From: Gemmatimonadaceae bacterium
GTDB taxonomy: Bacteria > Gemmatimonadota > Gemmatimonadetes > Gemmatimonadales > Gemmatimonadaceae
DNA: 64,000 bases
Reading direction: 5' to 3'
NCBI GenBank assembly: GCA_037134115.1
Contig: JBAXMW010000007.1
Span: 22,485 to 86,484 of the forward strand
Shown one piece after another: positions 1 to 9,374 of the stretch (position 1 is its first letter; each line of letters opens with the position of its first letter). The position numbers and the translations under genes were made by a program. The notes beneath the pieces were generated by a model, which saw only the letters and a list, made by a program, of their open reading frames with translations, had not been told where the DNA came from and made no database searches.

Positions 1-1111
1 CCAGATCGTGTTCGGAGAGACTGGCCTCTGTCGCTGCGGGGACGTCGGCATCGTTGACTCGGCGATTGGAGAGATCGCTGGAGGCCATGAGCCGCAGGTG
101 GACCTGTGCCCCCGGCACGACCCCACCGCGCCACGAGGCCTCGCCTTCACGCACATGCACGAACGCCGTTTCGATGGTGAGCACCCCGCGGTGCTGCAGC
201 GCATCACCGGCGGTGACCACCAGACTGATCAGCGCCTGCTCGAGCAGCGCCGGATCGGCATGCACCGCGGGCAACGGCTCTTCGAGGGCCGTACGCACCA
301 GGACGCCATGCCCCGCCCCGCGGCGGATCAACGGCGCCAATTCCAACACGACCGCGTTCAGGTCGATCTCGGTGGCCACGGTTTGCTGGCGGCGACTGAA
401 AGCCGACACCTGATGCACCGCTGTACCGGCGCGCGTGGCCGTCTCAACAATGCGCTGGGCGGCGGCGAACTCGGTGGAGCCGGTGGGGAGACCAGCACAG
501 AGCATCTCGGCCAACGATTGAATCTGCCTCACCGATGTATCCAGTTCCTGCGTCAGCTCGGTCGAGAGCCGTCCGATGGTGCACATCTTGCGCGCATGCA
601 CGAGCTGCTCCGACAGCCGTCGATGGTCACTCAAATCGCGGGTGATCACAATCCAGTGATGCAAGCGATCGTTCGCATCGAGGATCGGCATGAGATCGAG
701 ATCGACCCAGATAGCGTGCCCATTCCGCGTGGCCTGCGCCAACTCTGACCGAATCGGAGTCTGGAGCTGTACCGCTTCCCGAATGCGTTGCCAGACCGCC
801 GGTGACGTTTCGGCCGAGAGCAGCAAGGAGAGCGACCGACCCTGCAACAGGTCGCGCGTCCATCCCGTTCGCCGCTCGAAGCCTTCGTTCACATAGCGAA
901 TAGGCGGGAGCCCATCGCCGGTCAGCTCCGGATCCAAAATGAGCAGACCATCCGCAAAGCGATCAAGGCTCGCCCGCAGCATCGCCACTTCATCGGTACG
1001 CCACGCACCGAGCGCCGGTGACGTGATGGCCACGGCACTCGCGCCTGAACCGTTTGCCACCGATTCAGACGTTTCATCGTGGGACTGCGCACCCATCGGC
1101 ATCGCCATCAT
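1..1111 (-). CDS. PAS-domain histidine-kinase-like protein with degenerate H/N/G boxes (pseudokinase); 3' end runs off the window
   Basis: Manual translation (missing from the ORF track because it is open at the edge), ATG at 1111. PAS/PAC segment 'IRYVNEGFERRTGWTRDLLQGRSLSLL...IWVDLDLMPI...HWIVITRD', then 'HARKMCTIGRLSTELTQELDTSV' (H-box position) and 'EQALISLVVTAGDAL' (N-box position). Confidence 0.8.
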   Translation of the reverse strand, partial: MMAMPMGAQSHDETSESVANGSGASAVAITSPALGAWRTDEVAMLRASLDRFADGLLILDPELTGDGLPPIRYVNEGFERRTGWTRDLLQGRSLSLLLSAETSPAVWQRIREAVQLQTPIRSELAQATRNGHAIWVDLDLMPILDANDRLHHWIVITRDLSDHRRLSEQLVHARKMCTIGRLSTELTQELDTSVRQIQSLAEMLCAGLPTGSTEFAAAQRIVETATRAGTAVHQVSAFSRRQQTVATEIDLNAVVLELAPLIRRGAGHGVLVRTALEEPLPAVHADPALLEQALISLVVTAGDALQHRGVLTIETAFVHVREGEASWRGGVVPGAQVHLRLMASSDLSNRRVNDADVPAATEASLSEHDL

Positions 1112-1178
1112 TGTCTCGGGACGTTGGTCGGCCTGAGCGGGGTGGACCGCCATTCGGTCCCCCCCCCATTCACTCGTT

Positions 1179-1210
1179 CGAGCGGAGGCTAATCAGCCTC
1201 CGCTCGTTTT
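1179..1210 (+). terminator. Perfect 12-bp stem hairpin with T-tract on the + strand
   Basis: CGAGCGGAGGCT-aatc-AGCCTCCGCTCG-TTTT. Confidence 0.65.
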
Positions 1211-1227
1211 GTCAGTCAGCGAAACCC

Positions 1228-3243
1228 TTAGGGGCGCGTGGGCGGTGTGCCCCAGCTGTTGTTGCGGCGATCGATATCGGCGAGCCGGTGCTCGGGATCG
1301 ATCTCTACGCGGACCAGCGCCTTCTTCGCCCAGCTGTACTGGCGGACATAGTGCCGCGAGTTCGTGCTCCAAACTTCGGCGGGATAGACGAGATCCTCCG
1401 CAGAGCCATCGGCGAAGGTGAAGCGCACCCGCATGGGCAACACCCCGCGCTCGCGATTGCCAAAGAGGACCACCGCCTTCGTAGTATCGCCAATCGTGCG
1501 CGTCGCGACGGAGTCGACACTCTGATCATAGCGGGCGTTCTCGAGGAACCAGCCCCGCCAAAACCAATCCAGACGGCGCCCGCCCACCTCTTCCATGGTG
1601 CGGAAGAAATCCGATGGGGTGGGGTGCTTATATGCCCAGCGCTTCACATAGGTCCGGAAGGCATCGTCAAATGCCTCGGCCCCCAGAATCTCCTGCCGCA
1701 ACAGCTGCAGCCCGACACTGGGCTTCACATACGCGGCTTCACCGAGCAAGCGCGGATCGATCCGATCCGGATTCATATTGACCGGCTTATCCGCGCCCAT
1801 GGCCATGTATTGCTCAACGAGCCGGCGCTCCTCGGCCGCGCGCGCCATCTGATCCCCCTTTTCCGGATACCGACGCCCCTCGGAAAATGTGTTGATGAAG
1901 GTGTTAAAGCCTTCATCCTGCCACATGTACACCCGCTCGTTGCTCCCGACGATCATCGGGAACCACATGTGGCCGATTTCATGCGTGATGACGTTGTACA
2001 GGTCGTAGACCTCGTCGCCCTTCGTCTCCATCGCGATCATGGGATACTCCATGCCGCTGATGGGCCCCTCAACGGCGGAGATGTGCGGCCAGGGATACGG
2101 AAACCACCGCTCAGAATATTCCTGAATCGACATACGCGACTGATCCGCGGCGTCCTTCCAGGTGGCAGCGGCCGACGGGCGATAGTATGCGTACGCCATG
2201 ATTCCCTTGTAGCTCGACGCATCCCACTGGAACTCCGGGGACGCGGCAAAAACGGCGTCCCGGACGTTTTTCGCGGCGAACTTCCAGGTGCGCATCCCCG
2301 TCTTGGAGGGACGAGCTGTGCCGTTGGCCAATTCCTCGGCGGTGATCAGGCGCACCACGGTGTCCGCACGCGCCGCCGCGGCGTGGCGCGCGATCTGTGT
2401 CGGGGTGAGCACGTCCCGGGGGTTCTGCAGCGCCCCGGTGGCCGCGACGATGTAGCCGGCCGGTACCGTCACGGAGAGCGTGTAGTCGCCGTAGTCGAGA
2501 TAAAACTCGCCCTGGCCGAGATAGGGCTCGATGTTCCAGCCCCGGACATCGTCGTAGACCGCCACCCGCGGGAACCACTGGGCGATTTCGTACAGCGCCC
2601 CATCCCAGCCCATGCGATCGGCGCCATGCTCTGGCACCGGGAAGCTCCATGCCGCTTCGACCACCGCGGTGCGTCCCGGCGCCAGCGGTTCGGCCAGCTC
2701 CACCTTCATCACCGTTTCATTCACCCGCGACGTGAGCGGCGTCGTCCGCGCGGCACCACCGGGCGGCGTGAGCCGCTGCTGCAGCCGCGTGAAGGTGTAC
2801 CCTCCATTGAAGCCACGCGCGCCGAAGCGCGAGTTCTGGGCAAAGATGTAGCTGTTGAGCGACTTATCCCGAAACGCATTCTGCTCCACATGCATCCAGA
2901 GGTAGCGCAGCGTGTCGGGGGAGCGGTTGCTATAACGGAGCGTCATCTCGCCCCGCACCGTCCGGGTCCCGGTGTCAAGCGTCGCCGCCAGCGCATAGTC
3001 GGCGCGGTTCTGCCAGTAGCGGGCCCCGGGGGCGCCACTGCCGGCGCGTTGCTCGTTCGCGGTCGGCAGGGTGAGCGGCGCGAAAATCGAGGTATCGGTC
3101 ACCGCCTGCATCGGCACGGGTGGACGGGCGGGCGTCTGGGCCGACAGTGTGGCCAGCGGCGCCAACAACACCAGCGCGCTGCGCAGGGCGGCGGCGGTCA
3201 GGGTCTGCGCTCGGCGTGCAAGCCGTTCGAAAGGAGTGGTCAT
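1228..3243 (-). CDS. M1 family zinc metallopeptidase (aminopeptidase N-like), exported
   Basis: Signal peptide; 'SGMEYPM' exopeptidase motif; HEIGH (HExxH) with downstream 'WQDEGFNTF' Glu. Confidence 0.9.
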   Translation of the reverse strand: MTTPFERLARRAQTLTAAALRSALVLLAPLATLSAQTPARPPVPMQAVTDTSIFAPLTLPTANEQRAGSGAPGARYWQNRADYALAATLDTGTRTVRGEMTLRYSNRSPDTLRYLWMHVEQNAFRDKSLNSYIFAQNSRFGARGFNGGYTFTRLQQRLTPPGGAARTTPLTSRVNETVMKVELAEPLAPGRTAVVEAAWSFPVPEHGADRMGWDGALYEIAQWFPRVAVYDDVRGWNIEPYLGQGEFYLDYGDYTLSVTVPAGYIVAATGALQNPRDVLTPTQIARHAAAARADTVVRLITAEELANGTARPSKTGMRTWKFAAKNVRDAVFAASPEFQWDASSYKGIMAYAYYRPSAAATWKDAADQSRMSIQEYSERWFPYPWPHISAVEGPISGMEYPMIAMETKGDEVYDLYNVITHEIGHMWFPMIVGSNERVYMWQDEGFNTFINTFSEGRRYPEKGDQMARAAEERRLVEQYMAMGADKPVNMNPDRIDPRLLGEAAYVKPSVGLQLLRQEILGAEAFDDAFRTYVKRWAYKHPTPSDFFRTMEEVGGRRLDWFWRGWFLENARYDQSVDSVATRTIGDTTKAVVLFGNRERGVLPMRVRFTFADGSAEDLVYPAEVWSTNSRHYVRQYSWAKKALVRVEIDPEHRLADIDRRNNSWGTPPTRP

Positions 3244-3325
3244 CTGGGGAAATTAACGGGTCCGGATGGCGCGTCGCTCGTGCCGAGCGCTGGCGTAGCC
3301 TCGGAGCACTCTGCACCTTTCCGGA

Positions 3326-4507
3326 ATGACCGTTGATTCGTCTCTCTTCCATGCCGTGCCGGTGTTCCCGCGCGGCTTCCGTTGCGCGAGCCGTAACGTT
3401 GGCCTGAAGCCGACCGCCCGCGACCTGACGCTCTTCACCAGCGAGGTGGAGGCGGCGGCCGCGGCCGTGTTCACGCGGAATCATTTCCCGGGCGCCCCCA
3501 TCATTCTCGGGCGCGAAACCATTCAGGCCGGCCGGCTGCAGGCGATCATCGCCAACAGCAAGGTCAGCAACGTGGCGACGGGGGCTGCGGGTGTGGACAA
3601 TGCCCGCCGCATGGCGGCCGCCGCGGCCGCCGAGTTGGGGACGACGCCGGATCGGGTGCTGGTCAGCTCGACCGGGGTGATTGGCGCGCCGCTGCCGATC
3701 GAGAAGATCGAGCGCGGCGTCGTGGGGATGGCGGCGGAGCTGCAGGACAACCCGATGGTCGGCGCCGAAGGGATCATGACCACCGATACCCACCCGAAGG
3801 CCCTCTCGGCATCGGTGGGTGACGCCACGATCACGTGGGTGGCAAAGGGATCGGGGATGATTGAACCCAATATGGCCACCATGCTGGCCTACATCTTCAC
3901 CGACGCGGCCTTCGACGCCCCGACGTTGGACCGGTTGCTGCGGGCCGCGGTGGCGGGCTCCTTCAACGCCCTCTCGGTGGACACCGACACCAGCACCTCC
4001 GACACCTGCGCGATCCTGGCCAATGGCCTCGCCGGCCCAGTGGACGAGGCGGCGTTCCTGGAGGTGCTGCGTGCCGGCTGTGAGCGCATGACCGAAATTC
4101 TCGCGCGCGATGGCGAGGGGGCCATGCATCTCATCCGCGTGCACGTCCGTGGGGCGGCGTCGGAAAACGACGCGCACACCGTCGCGAAGTCCATCGTGAA
4201 TTCACCGCTCGTGAAGACGATGGTGCATGGCGCCGATCCCAACGTGGGACGGCTGCTGATGGCGGTTGGGAAGTGCTTCGACTGCACGATCGAGCCGTCC
4301 ACCACCTCGGCGTGGATCAATGGCGTGCCGGTGGTGGGGGGCGGCGAACGGCTCACCTTCGACGACAACGTGGTGCGCGAAACACTCTCGCACGAAGTGG
4401 TCGATCTCGAGGTGGACCTTGGTGTGGGCTGGGCCTCGGCGCATGCCTTTGGCTGTGACCTCACCAAAGGCTATGTCGACGAGAACGCCGCCTACTACAG
4501 CAGCTGA
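3326..4507 (+). CDS. argJ: Ornithine acetyltransferase / N-acetylglutamate synthase ArgJ
   Basis: 'AAAVFTRN', 'SSTGVIG', 'IMTTDT', autocleavage motif 'KGSGMIEPNMA-TMLAYIFTD', 'ARDGEGA', 'SPLVKT', 'GCDLT..YV..NA.Y'. Confidence 0.95.
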   Translation: MTVDSSLFHAVPVFPRGFRCASRNVGLKPTARDLTLFTSEVEAAAAAVFTRNHFPGAPIILGRETIQAGRLQAIIANSKVSNVATGAAGVDNARRMAAAAAAELGTTPDRVLVSSTGVIGAPLPIEKIERGVVGMAAELQDNPMVGAEGIMTTDTHPKALSASVGDATITWVAKGSGMIEPNMATMLAYIFTDAAFDAPTLDRLLRAAVAGSFNALSVDTDTSTSDTCAILANGLAGPVDEAAFLEVLRAGCERMTEILARDGEGAMHLIRVHVRGAASENDAHTVAKSIVNSPLVKTMVHGADPNVGRLLMAVGKCFDCTIEPSTTSAWINGVPVVGGGERLTFDDNVVRETLSHEVVDLEVDLGVGWASAHAFGCDLTKGYVDENAAYYSS

Positions 4508-4523
4508 CCCGCTGGGGCGCTCA

Positions 4524-5363
4524 TCAGCGCCCCAGAATTGCAAAATCTTCGTCGCCGAGTCCAAGCTCGAGGGCCGCATCCATGTGCGCGGCGAGGGCAT
4601 GGAGCATCGGCGTCGGTGCATCGCCCGCGGTCTCCATCATGAGGCGGAGATCTTTGCGGGCCACGGTGAGCGCGAAGTTCGTGTGGAACTCGCGATCCCG
4701 CATCATCGTGCCGCGCAGTCCCATGCCGCCGTTGAAATTGATTTTCCCGATCATATCGAGCGCGCCACTCCGGGGCACACCAGCGGCGTCCATCATGTGC
4801 ATGACATCGGCGGCGAGCCCCACCAATCCCAGCAGCATGCCGTTGCCCACCAGCTTGTACGCCGCGGCCAGATCGGGACGTTCACCGACATACCACAGTT
4901 CACCGGTCATCGCCGTCAGCCCGTCGCGCACGCGATCCACATGCGATTGCGGGCCGGCCAGGAGCATCATCCCCATCGCCTTCCGCGCGGCAGGCGGCCC
5001 CATCATGACCGGGGCGTGGAGATAGGCAATGCCGTCGGCGGCCAGCGCCGCGGCCCGCGCCGCCGTGCGCGCCGGCTGCGTCGTGGTGTGATCCACGATC
5101 ACGGCATCCGGGGCCAACCCGGGGCGCAGCTCCGCGATCACGGCATCCACCGTGTCATCATCGAGTAATACGAGATGCACCCGCGAGGCGCCGCGCACGG
5201 CGTCAGCCGGTGCATCGGCCACGGTGGCGCCGAAGGCGGTCATCGCCTCAGCGCGGGCGCGCGTGCGGTTCCAGACGGTGACGGTGGTCCCACCACGGGT
5301 GAGCAGACCTTCGGCGAACCCACTCCCCAGCAGGCCCATTCCCAACACGGCAACATGTGACAT
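4524..5363 (-). CDS. NAD(P)-dependent oxidoreductase, 3-hydroxyisobutyrate dehydrogenase/6PGD family
   Basis: Start trimmed to MSHVAVLGMGLLGSG (Rossmann GxGxxG); 'WNRT', 'DHTT', 'APVMMGP', 'AAAYKLVGN', 'RKDLRL'. Confidence 0.85.
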   Translation of the reverse strand: MSHVAVLGMGLLGSGFAEGLLTRGGTTVTVWNRTRARAEAMTAFGATVADAPADAVRGASRVHLVLLDDDTVDAVIAELRPGLAPDAVIVDHTTTQPARTAARAAALAADGIAYLHAPVMMGPPAARKAMGMMLLAGPQSHVDRVRDGLTAMTGELWYVGERPDLAAAYKLVGNGMLLGLVGLAADVMHMMDAAGVPRSGALDMIGKINFNGGMGLRGTMMRDREFHTNFALTVARKDLRLMMETAGDAPTPMLHALAAHMDAALELGLGDEDFAILGR

Positions 5364-5404
5364 AGCGAGACTCAGGTGAAAGACGGAACGGATCGTGACG
5401 ACGG

Positions 5405-7087
5405 TCAGCGCGGGGCGCGGACCATGGCGGTCTGACGCACGGCCGGCGTACTCGCCGGCGCGCGGCGATGGTGCGTGGCCTGTTCGAAGTCGTAGGCAAG
5501 GGCAAGCAGCCGTCCTTCGCTCCACGCTCGCCCAAAGAAGGTCATCCCCGCCGGCAACTGGTTGTCACGGGTATACCCCATGGGGACCGTGATGGCCGGG
5601 AAGCCGGTGGTGGGGGAGAAGAGTTGGCTATTGTCGCCGTGCGGCGTGTTGAGATCGCCAATCCGCCGCGGCGGATTGCTCCACGTGGGATAGATGAGCG
5701 CATCAAGCTTGAGCGAGTCCATCAGTTGCACGACGGCCACACGCAGCGCCGCGCGCACACGCTCGCGGCTCTGGCAGCCCGCGCTTTGCTCCGGCATCTC
5801 CGTGATCGGCGCGGCGTCACGCAACCGCTGCTCAACGGTCGGATGGAACTTGCGGCTCCGCAGGATCGCGTCGATGGTCTTCACCGGCGCGTTCGGCGCT
5901 CGCTCGGCAAAGTAGCGCTCGAGGTCGGCGCGGAACCGGTTGCAGCTCCCTTGCTGACGCCGTTGGATCGCATCAAGGGAATCGACGCGGGCCGTGTCGA
6001 TGATCGTCGCCCCCTGCGCACGCAGGGCAGCCACTGCGCGCAGGAAGGTGGCATTCACCTCGGCGTCGAGCGTGGGGCGTTCATAGGCCTGCCGCAGAAT
6101 ACCAATGCGGGCCCCCTTGAGCGCCCCACGCGTCAGCATCGCGCGGTAGTCCGACTCCCGCTTGCTGTCGGCGGGCGCGGTTACAGTATCGGCAGGATCG
6201 CTGCCGACGACGACGTTGAAGACGGCGGCGGCATCCGCGACCGTGCGTGCCATCGGCCCGGCCACATCCGCGACGGCATTCAACGGTACGACACCCGCGC
6301 GCGATGTGAGTCCCATGGTTGAGCGAATTCCTACGAGCGCCTGATGCGCCGAGGGTCCGCGAATGGAGTTGCCGGTATCGGTGCCAAGCCCCACGGTGCC
6401 GAAACTCGCAGCCACCGCAGCGGCGGTCCCGCCGCTGGAACCGGCGGTCACGCGATCGAGCGCGTAGGGATTGCGCGTGTACCCGGGCAGAATGGAGCTG
6501 ACGGTTTCATAGGGCGTGAAGGCCCATTCCGCGAGGTTGGCCTTGGCGAGTACGATCGCACCGGCCGCGCGAATCTTCCGCACCATCGTCGCATCTTGCG
6601 GCGGCACCCAGCCTTCGAGGGCGAGCGATCCGGCCGTGGTCTGCAGGTCAGCGGTCTCGAAGTTGTCTTTCACGATCATCGGAATGCAGTGCAGCGGGCC
6701 CACGGGGCCCGACGCGCGATATCGTGCATCGAGGGAATCTGCGATCTGGAGGGCCTTGGGATTGATCGTCACCAGCGCATTGATGACCGGGCCCCGTTGG
6801 TCGTAGGCCGCAATGCGATCGAGATACTGCTGGACGAGCGCATGGCAGGTGAGCGTCCGCGCCGCGAAGGCCGCATGCACGGAGGCAATGGTGGCTTCTT
6901 CGACCGCGAAACGCGCCGCGCGCGCCGAGGGACGCGCCGTCGACGCGGCGGGTTGCTGCGCGGCGAGCGGGGCCGCGAAGGGCGCCGCCAGTGCGGCGGC
7001 CAGCGGCAACAGCAGGGCGACCGGCAGGGCCACACCGCGGTGGAGGCGCGAAGTGGCGGGGCGTGGGATTCGGAGGAGTGGGCGCAT
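5405..7087 (-). CDS. Amidase-signature family protein with N-terminal signal peptide
   Basis: 'GPLHCIPMIVKDN', 'GAIVLAKANLAEW', 'AGSSGGTAAAV', 'GTDTGNSIRGP'. The start is uncertain. Confidence 0.9.
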   Translation of the reverse strand: MRPLLRIPRPATSRLHRGVALPVALLLPLAAALAAPFAAPLAAQQPAASTARPSARAARFAVEEATIASVHAAFAARTLTCHALVQQYLDRIAAYDQRGPVINALVTINPKALQIADSLDARYRASGPVGPLHCIPMIVKDNFETADLQTTAGSLALEGWVPPQDATMVRKIRAAGAIVLAKANLAEWAFTPYETVSSILPGYTRNPYALDRVTAGSSGGTAAAVAASFGTVGLGTDTGNSIRGPSAHQALVGIRSTMGLTSRAGVVPLNAVADVAGPMARTVADAAAVFNVVVGSDPADTVTAPADSKRESDYRAMLTRGALKGARIGILRQAYERPTLDAEVNATFLRAVAALRAQGATIIDTARVDSLDAIQRRQQGSCNRFRADLERYFAERAPNAPVKTIDAILRSRKFHPTVEQRLRDAAPITEMPEQSAGCQSRERVRAALRVAVVQLMDSLKLDALIYPTWSNPPRRIGDLNTPHGDNSQLFSPTTGFPAITVPMGYTRDNQLPAGMTFFGRAWSEGRLLALAYDFEQATHHRRAPASTPAVRQTAMVRAPR

Positions 7088-7139
7088 CCCCCAATCTACC
7101 ACGCCCCGATACACCGCTGCCGCGATCCGGGGGGCCGGC

Positions 7140-8369
7140 TTAGGGCTTTCGGCCCACCGGTGGACCGTCCATGGCGGCACGGACCGCGTTCAGCAGGTCC
7201 CCGAGCGTCCACGGCTTCTGCAGCACCGGGTCATCCGACGGCGGCCCGATCCCGTCGCTTCCGCTGCCGCGCGACGAAAAGCCGGTGATCCAGAGGATGC
7301 GTGCGTCGGGAGCCATCGACGCGACGGCTGAGAGGACCCGGGCGCCACCGCCGCGTGGCATCACGACGTCCGAGATGACGAGGTCAAAGGGCGAACCATT
7401 TTGCCGGGCCAGCGCCAGACTGGCGGCCGCTTCCTCGCCATCGCCCGCTTCGATCACAAGGAATCCGTTGGAGCGGAGCGTCCGGGCGGTCAGGGCACGG
7501 ATCGCCGGATCATCCTCGATGACGAGCACGCGCTCCTGTCGCGACGGGCGCAGCGGCATCGTCTCCGCGGTGCGCTGCGGGGGGACCCCAACTTCCGCGA
7601 CGGGGAAGCGCAACGTGACGGTGGTCCCGACATTCACCGTGCTGCTGATCGCGACACTGCCGCCCATCTGATGCATGAGGCCGTGCACCATCGCCAGGCC
7701 GAGGCCCGTCCCGTCCTTGTCCGCCTTGGTGGTGAAAAACGGCTCGAAGGCGTGCGCCAGCGTGGCCGGGTTCATGCCACTGCCGGTGTCGGCGATCACG
7801 ACCGCGACATGCCGGATCGCGTGACTGGTCGGTGTACGCGGGCGGTCATCCGATGTGTCGTCCTCGAGGATGGCGCTCCCCACGCGCGCTTCCACAATCA
7901 CGGTGAGCGTCCCGTCATCGTGCATGGCATCCCGGGCATTCGTGGCGAGCTGGCGCACGATCTGCTGGAGGGCGCGCGTGTCCGCCATCACCAGCGGCAA
8001 CCCTTCGGCGATGTGATCCTCCACGACCACCGTGGCGGGAAACAGGCGCGACACCATGCGACAGAGGTCCCGCATCTGCCGATCGATCGCCATCGGTTCA
8101 ATGCGCAGCGGATCCTGCCGCGCAAAGGCCATCAGTTTGCGGACCGAGTCGGAGCCGCGCGTCGCCGCCCGCAGGATCTCGATGATCGAGGCATGTTCAT
8201 CGGACGACAGGCGCTCGCCACCCGAGGCCAGCAACTGTTCGGCGCTCGCGAGAATGACCGTCAGGACGTTGTTGAATTCGTGGGCGATGCCACCAGTCAG
8301 CTGGCTTACGGCCGCCAGCCGTTCAGCACGTTCGCCCACACGGCGTTCAACTACCGCATCGGATTCCAT
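7140..8369 (-). CDS. Hybrid histidine kinase-receiver (HisKA-HATPase-REC) with no sensor domain
   Basis: H-box '[11 protein letters not shown]', 'NARDAM', 'ADTGSGM', 'FEPFFTTK', 'GTGLGL'; REC domain 'VIEDD...ISDVVMP...ITGFS...LQKP'. Confidence 0.9.
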   Translation of the reverse strand: MESDAVVERRVGERAERLAAVSQLTGGIAHEFNNVLTVILASAEQLLASGGERLSSDEHASIIEILRAATRGSDSVRKLMAFARQDPLRIEPMAIDRQMRDLCRMVSRLFPATVVVEDHIAEGLPLVMADTRALQQIVRQLATNARDAMHDDGTLTVIVEARVGSAILEDDTSDDRPRTPTSHAIRHVAVVIADTGSGMNPATLAHAFEPFFTTKADKDGTGLGLAMVHGLMHQMGGSVAISSTVNVGTTVTLRFPVAEVGVPPQRTAETMPLRPSRQERVLVIEDDPAIRALTARTLRSNGFLVIEAGDGEEAAASLALARQNGSPFDLVISDVVMPRGGGARVLSAVASMAPDARILWITGFSSRGSGSDGIGPPSDDPVLQKPWTLGDLLNAVRAAMDGPPVGRKP

Positions 8370-8475
8370 CACGGGCCCCCCAGAGGCCGGGTACACTGAA
8401 CGACGCCTTAAGTATACATTGGGTAACAGCAGGGTGCCCGGTGGGCAACGCCCATGTCCCCGTACGTGAAATGCA

Positions 8476-9330
8476 ATGTCTGAATCCTCGATTCTCCGGC
8501 TGGGCCTGTTTTACGACGGCGCGTTTTTTCAACGCATCAGCGATTACTACCTGCACCATCATCCTCGGCGCAGTCGACTGTCCTTTACCGGCCTCCACGA
8601 TTTCCTGCGTGAAGAGACGGCGGTACGGATGGACACGGATCCGGCGCGCACCCGCGTGGTTGAGGCGCACTATTACCGCGGACGACTCCCCACCCGCATG
8701 GCGACCGAACGTGACGTGGTCGTGGGGGAACGCTCATGGGATGAGTCGCTCATGTATGCCGGGATCGAGCCACATTATCAGCCATTGCTCGTGGGCTCTG
8801 GTGGGCGACTGGAAGAGAAAGGGATCGACGTCGCCCTGGCGCTGGACGCCTATGACCTGGCCCGCCGCGCAGAGATCGATGTGTTGGTCCTGATCGCGGG
8901 GGATGGGGATTTCTACCCGCTGCTCCGCCGATTGCATGCCACCGGCACGGCCACCCTGCTCCCCGTCTGGGACGTGGACTATGTCGATGACCGCGGCGGC
9001 GAGCGGCAGCTGCGGGCGGCTGGTCGACTGCGAGCTGAAGCCACCTGGTCTGTAGACATGCCGGTTCGGATCGAGGCGCTTGCGCGCACGCATCCGATTC
9101 GGGTGGCGTCGCTCTTCGTGAGTCGACGTGAGGCGGTCGTGGCCGAGCGGCCCACCCCGGCTTCGGAGGGGCCGCTTGAGGAGCACGACAGTGTGGCGGC
9201 ACCGGTGCTGCCACCGGATGCCACCGACGCGGGGGCACCAGAGACCTCTGGTCGAGGGCGGGGCTCCCTGCCGGCCGCCGGTGCCGGCAGCGGGAACCTG
9301 GATTACGACGCCGTCGGGTATCCGCTCTAA
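8476..9330 (+). CDS. NYN-domain (LabA/DUF88, PIN-fold) protein
   Basis: 'FYDGAFF', 'EKGIDVALALD', 'VLIAGDGDFYPLL'; low-complexity C-terminal tail. Confidence 0.85.
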   Translation: MSESSILRLGLFYDGAFFQRISDYYLHHHPRRSRLSFTGLHDFLREETAVRMDTDPARTRVVEAHYYRGRLPTRMATERDVVVGERSWDESLMYAGIEPHYQPLLVGSGGRLEEKGIDVALALDAYDLARRAEIDVLVLIAGDGDFYPLLRRLHATGTATLLPVWDVDYVDDRGGERQLRAAGRLRAEATWSVDMPVRIEALARTHPIRVASLFVSRREAVVAERPTPASEGPLEEHDSVAAPVLPPDATDAGAPETSGRGRGSLPAAGAGSGNLDYDAVGYPL

Positions 9331-9374
9331 GCGGACCCCGACGGGTCGCACCTCCGTCGCATCAGGTCAGCGCG

